Shown here piece by piece: positions 52,908 through 64,000 of a DNA stretch of 64,000 nucleotides (within the stretch, counting starts at the first letter, position 1; every line of letters begins with the position of its first letter). Made by a program: the position numbers and the translations under genes. The DNA comes from Octopus vulgaris (lineage: Eukaryota), in contig OX597823.1 in NCBI GenBank assembly GCA_951406725.2, forward strand, positions 7,068,001 to 7,132,000. Direction: 5' to 3'. The notes beneath the pieces are model-generated. The model was not told the origin of the DNA. It saw only the letters and a list, made by a program, of their open reading frames with translations, and did no database searches.

Positions 52908-53628
52908 TCTATATATATAAAAAAGGCTTTGGGTCAAAATTGCTTGCACGTTTTGCTACGTCAGAGGTTGGCGGCCACAGCAGTGGTCAGATCGAGCTGA
53001 AAATTGACACAGGCATAGAAGGCGTGATGAGCTGAGTAGGTTAAAACTCACCATCTGGAAAGATGCGGTTGCTATGCTGAGAAGATTCAAGGGGGCTCTA
53101 AGCCCCTCCAGATTGGCGCGATTGGCATCTAATCCTATCTATAAAATGAAGGAGGCGAACGTAGACACAGATTGGATTTTTATGTAAAAAGGGGTCTAAA
53201 TGGGGCTGGAAGGGGATTCAAATTTACAGGAGGGGAAAATTGATTGGGAAACGTTTTGTGGCACTATGGTGGTTGCTTTGGTGTGAAAACAGGATTTTAT
53301 TGATTTTGGGGGACACTTGGTGGTCTAGATTGGACACCTTTTGCCCGATTTCAATCAAATTTTCAACATGGTAAAGTATAAGCGGATTTGTAATTTAAAC
53401 GCAGAAATCTAATTTTTTTATAAATGGCAGAGAGATAGATAGATAGAGAAAGATAAACAATAAGAGAAAGTGAGGGAAAATCCAAGAGAAAGGAAGAGTA
53501 AGAGAGTGGGAAATGAGAAAGTATAGAGAAACAAAGAGGGAGAATGTGGCGATAAGAAACAGAAAGGAAGCAACAAAAAGTAACAACCACAAACTCACCC
53601 GCGCGTAGAATGGGTCACCTTAAGCTAG
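52908..53628 (+). mobile_element. Non-autonomous Helitron
   Basis: A|TCTATATATATAAAA 5' end; subterminal ACCCG...TGGGT hairpin; CTAG|T 3' end. Confidence 0.65.
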
Positions 53629-53774
53629 TATATATATATAACAAAATATATATATATATATATAACAAAATATATATATATATAACAAAATATATATATA
53701 TATATATATAACAAAATATATATACATATATATATATAACAAAAGCCAACAGGGTTCACCTATATATATATATA

Positions 53775-54005
53775 GGTGGCGAGCTGGCAGAAACGTTAGC
53801 ACGCCGGGTGAAATGCATAGCTGTGTTTCGTCTGTTGTTACGATCCGAGTTCAAACTCCGCCAAAGTCGACTTTGCCTTTCATCCTTTCGGTGTCGATAA
53901 ATTAAGTACCAGTTATGCACTGGGGTCGATGTAATTGACTTAATCCCTTTGTCTGTCCTTGTTTGTCCCCTCTGTGTTTAGCCCCTTGTGGGTGGTAAAG
54001 AAATA
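53775..54005 (+). mobile_element. SINE family B, full length, in (TA)n
   Basis: GGTGGCGAGCTGGCAGAAACGTTAGC...GCCCCTTGTGGG..TAAAGAAATA. Confidence 0.92.
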
Positions 54006-54343
54006 TATATATATATATTAATAGCAGGTATTCTTATGCAAATAATTTCTAACAATAGCGTATGTATTTCATGTTTCTTAGGGATGAATTATCATTTATA
54101 TAGTGAAAGGGACGGATGAGATATTGGGATTGGAAAATCTAAACAACTTAATATACAGTTGCTCACAATAATACTGCTAATGTAAATAGGAAATTGAATC
54201 AAAAACACCAGTAATACATCTTCCAAAGTAGTTTTAAAATAAAGTTTGTTTAAACTGGGCTTTTCATTCATTTTCAAAAAAAGCTATCAATTATTTAATT
54301 GATGCAGGCTTTATAGCTCTTCTCTTATTGTTTGTATTTTTAC

Positions 54344-54404
54344 CTGGGTTAGGGAAGATGTTAATTGAAAGAAATCCTGCTGCCACTGCCGCTGCTGCTG
54401 CTGG
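54344..54404 (-). other. Candidate 61-nt host exon
   Basis: Minus strand ttgctgcttttacag|CCAGCAGC...CCCAG|gtaaaa; two of three frames open; not obviously TE-derived. Confidence 0.25.
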
Positions 54405-54539
54405 CTGTAAAAGCAGCAATGTTTAATCACATTGATATAAAAAAAAAAAAAAATTAATAAATAAAAGGGCGTAATAAGGAAACAAAAATATAACAGAATT
54501 GACATGATTATATCAAAAGAAACTCAGAAAAGAATATCC

Positions 54540-54578
<39 letters not shown>

Positions 54579-55459
54579 CGTGTGTAAAGAGAGGAGGAGT
54601 GAGTGAGAGAGAGAGAGAGACAAAGACAGAAAGACAAAAACAGAGCCAGAGAGAGGAAGAAAGAAACAAAAATAGATTTTTAAAAAAAAATGACAAAAGG
54701 AACAATAAATTATGGTTAATGTTGTAGCTGATACTGCTTTATCTGGAAAAAACTGAAGTTCTTGAAGTGAATCTAATTAAGATTATTGTGAAGAGTTTTT
54801 GATGCTATTAAACAAATCAAATTTGGTGTATAATGTTTGTATAGACAGCAACTTGAGAACAAGTCCTTGAATCATTATGAAAGAAAAATAAACACATATT
54901 AAAAGAATTTTTAGTTTAAAGGCAGAAAAATAGAACATAAAGAACATGACGAATAATGCTCAATGAAATTTTGTAAAAATTACTCAGTAAAATATATAAA
55001 CGAAAGAATCAACTGTGACAATTTATATGATCAGCCACAACTGATGAATATTTCTACTTTAAATGCTGTTTAGCTTCCAATTTGAAAACAAAAAGCTCTA
55101 CAAACATTAACAAACAAAATAACCATTAATAAAGAAAATGACTGAAATGAAATTGATAAAGGAAATAGACAATAATTAGGCTTATAGTCGCAAACAAGGC
55201 CTCAATAAACAATCTCTTAATTCTTGAAGTAAATTTGACATTGTTTCATTTTTTTTCACCCAAAACTATTGATGCCCAAATTAATTAAAATATAGTCATT
55301 TATAGTTATTTCAATGGTTAATTGCTCACTGTTATTTAGATAGATAAAAAAGTAATCTAAATCTAAAATTCAGGTATAACATTGTAGGTATTAATTAGAA
55401 TCAGTTCATATGAAAAGGTATAAATAGCTAAGACAAAAAAGAAAACTTCAACTAGATGT

Positions 55460-55511
<52 letters not shown>

Positions 55512-56729
55512 ATTTCAAAACAGTGCATCAGAGAAAATCATGATGTTGGAGAGGAGAAGTGCATTTGCATGGATGATGGCTTGTTTGCAGTTAGTGATTC
55601 TGCAAATGAAGAGGTTTAGAAGTGACACTATGGAAGGTTGCTAAATGTAGAGAATGCATGGGAGAAAGAGAGCCTAACATGGACCCAAGGGAGGGACTGG
55701 CTCTCCAAGTCTCATAAGTAAATAACCTCACTCGAAATTTTCTTCAGATATGTATCTGGGATCTTTTGGACTTGTGTATATTTACAAAATGAATACAAGT
55801 TTCAATTGATGAACCCAATTATTTCATTTTTACAAAAATAAAAGTTAGTATGCTAATTTCTTCATTCTCTCCATAACATGATTTTGATAAAAACAATGAT
55901 CCTCTCTTTTTGTCCAACCATTTAATGTAATCCATTTGAACAAGCAGAACAGATTTGATGTGGTGGCCACTCCTTGTCTTGGTTCCTTATATGACAAAGT
56001 ATATCTGGTTTATTTTCCTAAGATCCAATGTAATACTTTATCATTGTGTTTTAATTGTAAAAATACCACAAACATATCTAAAAAAGTATGCTGACAAAAT
56101 AGCTAAGATTTAAGCATATATTCTACAAAATGCAAAATATTTTAAATGTATATTTGTTTTGCAAGATTCTTGATGTGAAATCATGTGTTGAAACAGATGT
56201 TGTATTTAGGAATGGCCATGTTGCCAGTTTAACCAATAAAACACACACACTATATATTTGGTGTTACTTTGCTTCAGCTTTATTTATTTTTTACATTAAT
56301 CTTAATCTTATTTCGGCCAGAGTTCTTTCATCACACTTCTGTGACCTCATCAGTGGTCCTTTGCTTTCTTCTTTCTTATTTGTGTGTCTCTCCTTACTAA
56401 CAGTCAGCCATTTCGTATTTTGTATTCCTATTGTATGCGTCTTTATTTGCTCATGCGCATACCCCTATGTGTGTCTATGTTCAGTTAGTGTGTGTGTGCG
56501 GGGAAGTGCTTGTAAATTTTAAATGTAATTTTTTAAAAATTAGCTTCATCTTCAAAATTGTATGTGTTATTGGAAAAATGAAGACAGTTTTGAAATCAGC
56601 ATCAAAGAAGTTTTCTGGTGACAGCAAATGACCTCCCACGGAAATTCATTGCTGATCAATGGAAATCTTTGTCAAAATGATAAAACTTTGAAATTTTCTT
56701 CTTAAATGGTTTGATCAGCTACTTTACTG

Positions 56730-56778
<49 letters not shown>

Positions 56779-56902
56779 CACCACCATAACCCCTATCTCA
56801 CTTTGTACTATATATATATATATACATACATACATATATATATGTCCATACATACATACACATACATACACATACATACATACGCACACACACATATATA
56901 TA

Positions 56903-57365
56903 CTCTTTACTCTTTTACTCTTTTACTTGTTTCAGTCATTTGACTGCGGCCATGCTGGAGCACCGCCTTTAGTTGAGTAAATCGACCCCAGGACTTATTC
57001 TTTGTAAGCCTAGTACTTATTCTATCGTTCTCTTTTGCCGAACCGCTAAGTTATGGGGACATAAACACACCAGCATTGGTTGTCAAGCAATGTTAGGGGA
57101 GGGGACAAACACAGACACACAAACATATACACACACATACATGTATATATATACATATATACGACGGGCTTCTTTCAGTTTCCGTCTACCAAATCCACTC
57201 ACAAGACTTTGGTTGGCACGAGGCTATAGTAGAAGACACTTGCCCAAGGTGCCACACAGTGGGACTGAACCCGGAACCATATGGTTGGTTAGCAAGCTGC
57301 TTACCACACAGTGGGACTGAACCCGGAACCATATGGTTGGTTAGCAAGCTGCTTAGCACACAGCC
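56903..57365 (-). mobile_element. SINE family A with 52-bp tandem duplication of the head
   Basis: 57252-57303 repeated at 57304-57355. Confidence 0.9.
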
Positions 57366-57818
57366 ATACATCTGACACACCACCACACATTTTTTTAGGA
57401 CACGTGAAAAGAGATTGTCCATAGTTACTCCGTTGGCCTTGTGCATATCAGTCACGAGGCTGCCTACTGTGCTCATGTTCACATTGAATCCATTTTAATG
57501 GTTTTTGTTTTGACATTTTGGTTATGGTTTCTGCAGCAGCATCATGGAATGTACAACTTAGAAGGACCTGTTGTTATCCATATGACTTTCCAGGAAGCTG
57601 AGTGCCACTAAAATTTCAGTTTAACATCTAGAGAATGAAGTCCTTACAAATCTTGAGATAGCCAAGCTTGTAGCAACTGAGTCTCATAATGTTTTGTGCT
57701 CTTGAGCATCACAAAGAACTTACTTGCAATCTGACCAATGTGTCCATATGTAGTTCATTTATCTGTATTCACACACTCCTGCACATGCATGTACATATTT
57801 GCCTTACGAGACCATATA

Positions 57819-58052
57819 TTATTTCTTTACTACCCACAAGGGGCTAAACATAGAGGGGACAAACAAGGACAGACAAACGGATTAAGTCGATTACATCGAC
57901 CCCAGTGCATAACTGGTACTTATTTTATCGACCCCGAAAGAATGAAAGGTAAAGTCGACCTCGGCAGAATTTGAACTCAGAACGTAAAGCCAGACAAAAT
58001 ACTACTTAGCATTTCGCCTGGCGTGCTAATGTTCCTGCCATCTCGCTGCTGC
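57819..58052 (-). mobile_element. SINE family B
   Basis: TATTTCTTTACTACCCACAAGGGGC...GAATTTGAACTC. Confidence 0.9.
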
Positions 58053-58456
58053 CTTAGACCATATATATTATGCGTGTGTGTGTGTGTACTTGTGTGTGTG
58101 CATGTGTGCATGTGTGTGTGTGTGCGTGTGTAGGGTGATGTGAAATGCCTAGTGCAGTTGTACTTGCATCTCACATGCAGATTGCTAAAACTGCTTAAAC
58201 TTTATTGGGAAATGAAAAGTAATTTAACATGAATCTTTTTTGCCAGGTTACAATTACACTCTGATAAAGTCTTTTACCAGGCCTTCATATGGCTACCCAT
58301 GGTAACTAAGTACTTTGTGGCTTCAGGTTATCTTGGTAGAGATTCTTAGAGCAGTAGTCAGTCTATATAGTGAGCTGGTCTATCCTAGTAGATGCTGCAA
58401 TAAGCACACACTCACTATAGGGTACTGCAATGGAAACACACACAATAAACACATAT

Positions 58457-58851
58457 ACTCTTTTACTCTTTTATTTGTTTCAGTCATTTGACTGTGGCCA
58501 TGCTGGAGCACCGCCTTTAGTCGAGGAAATCAACCCCCAGGACTTACTCTCTGTAAGCCTAGTACTCACTCTATCGGTCTCTTTGGCCGAACCGCTAAGT
58601 TACGGGGACGTAAACACACCAGCATCGGTTGTCAAGCATAGTTGGGGGGACAAACACAGACACACAAACACACACACTTATATATACATATATACAACGG
58701 GCTTCTTTCAGTTTCCGTTTACCAAATCCACTCACAAGGCTTTGGTCGGCCCAAGGCTATAGTAGAAGACACTTGCCCAAGGTGCCACACAGTGGGACTG
58801 AACCCGGAACCATGTGGTTGGTAAGCAAGCTACTTACCACACAGCCACTCA
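58457..58851 (-). mobile_element. SINE family A, full length
   Basis: Reverse complement of family A. Confidence 0.9.
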
Positions 58852-59899
58852 TGTGCCTATGCGTACATTTTACATATAAGAAATAATCTATCGTTTTGAT
58901 TTCAGGAAGAAGTTGAAATGAAGAAGTAACATATCTACTCATTAACATATATACTTAAAAGAACCTGTTTTTTAACTATTGTTAAACTCGGTGGCTGTGT
59001 ACATTATGGTTTCTATTCAGAATCTCTTCTCTAGCCATATCATCTTGAAGCCAAAACAAAAGTGACTGAAGATATTTTCTTTGTAATTAGATTCCTCTAT
59101 TCATCTCACTTTTTGCTCTCTCTCCATTTATATTCATCATGATAACCATCAAATATCTAATAGATTAATTCTTTTATTTTCCTTGTACAATTTCTATTGA
59201 GTGTTAATTAGTTCAACATATACTGTCAAGAATCAACATTATTCTCATTCTATGCACCTTCATTTACTATTCATATTTTTCATGCATTTATTCTTTCTGT
59301 TATCTCCTCATTCTTGTTGTGCATCACTAATTCTTATAGCTCTTCTGGCCAAATATCTTCTTTTGATGCAAAATACTTGTCTTTTTAATAACGTTTTCTC
59401 TTAAGAGTAATTCTTATATATTCATACTTACAAGTTTTTTGTTAAAAATTTGGCACTTTTTTATCGTTCTCTTGGTTCTCTTGATTAATTTCAGGGAAAC
59501 TTTCAGATACAGCAAAATAGGAAACATTTAAGAAGACAGTCAATTATTTATAATAATAATTAGAAATATCTTGAATTAAAACAGAAATAATATTTTGACT
59601 AACAAGCTAAAATTATCTTCTTTTTTTCACCTTTCTTTCTTTCAACACTATTTCTTATCCATCAATATATCCTTGCAGTTAAGTCTTAAGGACAGCATTT
59701 AAGATTTTGGATTGCTTATTGTGATTATATATTCAATTCATTTTCTCTGCTATTAAGCTAAACTTTTTAATACATGTATGTGATATTAGAAATGGTAATT
59801 TATTATTAATCTGCTTGAAAAACCATTGTGCTTTTTGTGTATTGCCTGGTTTTGTTACCAACTTAAAACAAATACTAAGTTTGTTTTACATTTTTTTTT

Positions 59900-60270
59900 A
59901 CTGGGGGCCCCACTTTGAAGGGTTCATGTAAACAAATAGACTCCAGTACTTATTTTAAGCCTAGTACATTTTTTTCAATTGGTCTCTTTTGCTTAACTGC
60001 TAAATGTAAACAAACCAACATGAGCTGTCAGACAGTGGTAGGGGACAAATATAATATGAATACAAAGGCACACACACACATATATATATAGATATATATA
60101 GATATATAGGACAGGCATCTTTTAGTTTCCATCTACCAAATCCACTCACAAGGCTTTTGTTGGCCCAGGGCAGGGCTAAAGCAGAAGACACCTGCCCAAG
60201 GTGCTGCACAATGGGACTGAACCCAAAACCCTGTAGTTGCAAAGAGAGCTTCTAAAGCATGCAGCTATAC
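59900..60270 (-). mobile_element. SINE family A, old diverged copy
   Basis: CTACCAAATCCACTCACAAGGC...GAAGACACCTGCCCAAGG...GGGACTGAACC. Confidence 0.7.
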
Positions 60271-60503
60271 TTATTTAAAATTGAGATACACTTTATTGAT
60301 CCAATATCTTGGGTCAGTTATTTCCTCTTTCTGAGCTAGAAATGTTATGGTTATGATTGCTTTTTATATCAGTTTCTTACTTTAAGCACAAAATCAAATC
60401 TTGTAGTGGGGGTTGATATAGCCACATGGTTATGGGTACTGGAATCTGTGTAAACTTTTTTTCTTCATGTCTGCTGCTACTACTGCAATTGCTACTACTT
60501 CTG

Positions 60504-60558
<55 letters not shown>

Positions 60559-60625
60559 CACATGCATCATTTTGTGCTACATGTCAAGAGATTGAGTTGA
60601 TTACATGTGTTTTTATATATATAGA

Positions 60626-61017
60626 CTAGCAGTATCGCCCGGCGTTGCTCGGGTTTGTTTCGACCCTTTAGAAATGGAATTTTTGAAAAGTAAAAATTTT
60701 GCATTATGTAGCTTGTTATTCTCTTTAAGTGAACATTTTTCTGGTTGAAATACACTGAAAAATGGCGACACAGCAGTCAAAAAATCGTAAAAAATAGGGA
60801 TTTTCATAGAAAAAAAGCACCTTTTTGATGTAAATAATTTTTGATGTTAACATGGTCCAATTTGAATTTTTTCTTCTACGGAAGGAAGCGCAAGACTTCT
60901 TCTATCATACTCTTAATTTTGGTCAACTTGCGCCACAGGGTCTAGGAGGAGACAGTGTTAGTTAAAGGCTACTGAACCTGCCATACACAGACAACTACAG
61001 CTTTAAATATATATAGA
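60626..61017 (-). mobile_element. Non-autonomous Helitron, 392 bp
   Basis: Minus strand A|TCTATATATAT 5' end; CCCG-AGCAACGC-CGGG hairpin followed by CGATACTG-CTAG|T; no TSD. Confidence 0.85.
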
Positions 61018-61085
61018 TATATAGATACACACACACACACACATACACATACATACACACACACATACACACATATATTATTTAT

Positions 61086-61243
61086 TTAAAGTGCTACTAA
61101 TAGCTCCATATGTTGAAAGAACTCAAACATATTCTTCAGGTGCAAACCACATATCATGCCTTTAGTTCATTATGATATGTGGTTCACATCTGAAGAATAT
61201 GTCTGAGTTCTCTCAACATATGAAACTATTAATAGCGCTTTAA
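61086..61243. repeat. 72-bp imperfect inverted repeat with hammerhead-like core, Penelope pLTR-like
   Basis: Arms 61086-61157 and 61172-61243; CTGAAGA-ATATGT...ACATAT-GAAA on the plus strand. Confidence 0.7.
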
Positions 61244-61332
61244 TACATGTTTGTGACCTTTAAATAAATACTAATTATCTCTTAACAAATCGAGTACTTT
61301 TTTTGTTGAAATTTCTTCATGGATCAGTATAT

Positions 61333-61395
<63 letters not shown>

Positions 61396-61400
61396 TTATA

Positions 61401-61481
<81 letters not shown>

Positions 61482-61513
61482 TGATCCATGAAGAAATATA
61501 TATATATATATAT

Positions 61514-62206
61514 ACCATGTTGACACTATGGAGGACATTTGTCCTAAGCCGCCTAGACTACTGCTCCCAACTGTGGTCACCGCATAGTGTCAAACTAACC
61601 ACAGAGCTTGAGACAATCCAAAGACATTTCACCAAGAGGATTTCCACCATGAAAGAAAAGAACTATTGGGAGAGGCTTAGGGAACTCAATTTGTACTCCT
61701 TGGAACGAAGACGAGAGAGATATGCAGTGATATACATATGGAAAATCCTGGAGGGACTAGCACCAAATTTTGGAATTGAGAGCTGTTCCAATCCCCGTAC
61801 AGGTCGTCACTGTGTGGTGCCAAAGGTCCCGTCTTCCACATCCAGGGTAAGGAGCAGATACTGTGATAGCCTGGGGTTCAGGGGCCCTCAGCTGTTCAAC
61901 AAACTGCCAAGAAAACTGAGAGATCTACATGATGCGGATGTGGACATTTTCAAAAAACATCTAGACAAGCTGCTTTCCGGGATCCCAGATGAACCCACTG
62001 CAAGGTACGAAGGTAACCTAAGGGCAGCAGCTACAAACTCTCTACACATTAGATCAGTGGCCAGCCACGGCAAACTGGACTTAGAGAGGTGTAGCAACAA
62101 GGGCGGTGCCCCAGCATGGCCATCAGCCGGATGGCTGGAAACAATGAACAAAATAAAAAAAGCAACAACAACAAAAACAAAATACAAATTACAAGAGTAA
62201 AAGAGT
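61514..62206 (+). mobile_element. CR1/L2-group LINE 3' fragment with uninterrupted ORF2 C-terminus
   Basis: [13 protein letters not shown]...IQRHFTKRI...[19 protein letters not shown]...GPQLFNKLP; tail GGCGGTGCCCCAGCATGGCC; inserted in (TA)n. Confidence 0.92.
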
Positions 62207-62266
62207 ATATATATATTTATTTATATTTATTTATTTATATATATAAGTGATATTTCACAGAGTGTG

Positions 62267-62371
<105 letters not shown>

Positions 62372-62439
62372 CATATGTACATACTTACATACATACATAC
62401 ATACATACATAAATACATACATACATACATACATACATA

Positions 62440-63295
62440 CAGGGTGCCATAGGTAAATTGTCACCATTTTATATTTAATTGCATATTGTTTTCGATTTTG
62501 TTAACTACAAAGCATAGTAGGGTCAGTTGGGCACTGTCTGTGAGAAAAACAACACTATGACGCAATCCACTCTGCTAGAAATTTGGAAACAACATGCTGT
62601 ACAGCTTGGCATTTACACCAGAAGCTCAAATGCGAACATTTCAGAGTATTTGGGTGTCAATCTGTGGACAGTGCCATCCGAGGACATGTACTGAGAGTGA
62701 TAGAAATCAAACATCCAGACAACATCATAGTGTTTGGAGTGATCACTAGTGATGGCGACAGTATGCCTCCATTCATCTTCCCACGCGGCCTCAGACTAAA
62801 CGTAGTGGTCTACATAAAGTGCCTAGATAAGATAGTGCTGCCCTGGGTCAAGAGGGTGGCTGCTGGAGGACCCTATGTCTGGCAACAGGATGTGCCATGC
62901 GACACAACAGGAGAACCCAGTCATGGCTGTCAGACAATTTACTGTGACCACATCACCCCTAACATCTGGCCACCTAATCCCCCAGACAGCAGCCCTTTTG
63001 ACTATTATGTGAAGGTTGCAGAGAGACCAATAAAACTCCTTGTTACACCAAAGATGAACTGAAGGCAAGGATCATGGTCTCCTTAAACAAGGAGACCATC
63101 GGAAGGAGTTTTAAGAGTTTCCGAAGTTATCTGAGGACCGTGGTTGAAGCCAGTAGCGATTTTATTGAATAAATTTACTCTTAAGTATTTCAAGATATTT
63201 TTATGTAATTGTGGTAAATATATCTATTAAAATGAGATGTCAGTATTATTTTCATTTTTGCATAATTTAGACAACAATTTATTCACTGTACCCTG
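62440..63295 (+). mobile_element. Internally deleted Tc1/mariner transposon, DD37D (maT)-like
   Basis: TA|CAGGGT...ACCCTG|TA imperfect TIRs; ORF 62583-63062 with KHP, VWQQD, WPPNPPDSSPFDY. Confidence 0.88.
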
Positions 63296-63409
63296 TATAT
63301 ATATATAAGGTTTGTGTGAATATAAATATGTATTGCAGTGTAATATTTATAACAGGTTTAATTTCTATGCATTAATTTGCACTTTTTTCCTCGGATTTTA
63401 TAATTTTTT

Positions 63410-63441
<32 letters not shown>

Positions 63442-64000
63442 TACACACATATATATTTATACATATATATATATATACACAACTCTTCTATACCTTCATT
63501 TTCTAATTAGATCATTAATGAATAAATAATAATTGATAAATCACCAGATTTTAACTCAACACTTGAGGAATTAACTGCCATTATGCTAAAAAAGCAACCA
63601 AAGAATTTCAAAGAGATTTACTTTGTAAAATGCAAAAACTAAAAGTACTTGCTACATTCAGGAAGTTCTTTTTAAAATGAAGCTAAATTTTGTTTCTCAC
63701 ACTGAAGGATGTTAAGTGCCAGTTTTTGAACCCCAAACATCGACATTATTTGAACTGAAGTTTTATGTACTTTAGGATTTGACAACAGATGTGGAAATCT
63801 ATGATATAGGACTTTAAGAATTAATCAATGTGAGTGAAGCCTATGAATCTATGAACATCAAAAGTCTGTCCAAGTTCTCATAAACCTCAGGCACTTAAGG
63901 AAGCAAAAACCAACAACCATTCCTTGATATAATGGTGAAAAGAACAGCAGTGAAATTCAGAACATCATTGTATAAAAAAACTTATTACCACTGAACTCTA

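Noticed and set aside
61319-62200. 293-aa ORF as a host gene
   Set aside because: The N-terminal part is (TA)n read-through; the rest is a LINE ORF2 C-terminus

Overview
AT-rich eukaryotic DNA, intronic or intergenic, with no credible host protein-coding gene. The SINE, LINE and microsatellite content resembles a coleoid cephalopod (Octopus-like) genome; this is an inference. Most ORF-track entries are artefacts of (TA)n, (TACA)n, (CA)n and (CAT)n tracts or of SINEs. The window is a nested transposon landscape. It holds two tRNA-headed SINE families, many 3'-end copies of an RTE LINE, and decayed CR1/L2-, R4/Dong- and RTE-type LINEs. DNA elements include a hAT (8-bp TSD), Tc1 and piggyBac-like MITEs, a DD37D-type Tc1/mariner relic and Helitrons. 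The most notable signal is a set of minimal type I hammerhead-ribozyme motifs in Penelope-like fragments, several arranged as inverted repeats. One apparently intact motif with a very long stem II (4123-4238, minus) overlaps a 267-bp inverted repeat that looks perfect by eye. Other highlights are a SINE/LINE shared 3' tail with covarying stems, an array of double-hairpin units in the RTE 3' UTR, a twin-priming-type RTE inversion and a GATA-motif satellite. All family assignments are by eye and need database confirmation.
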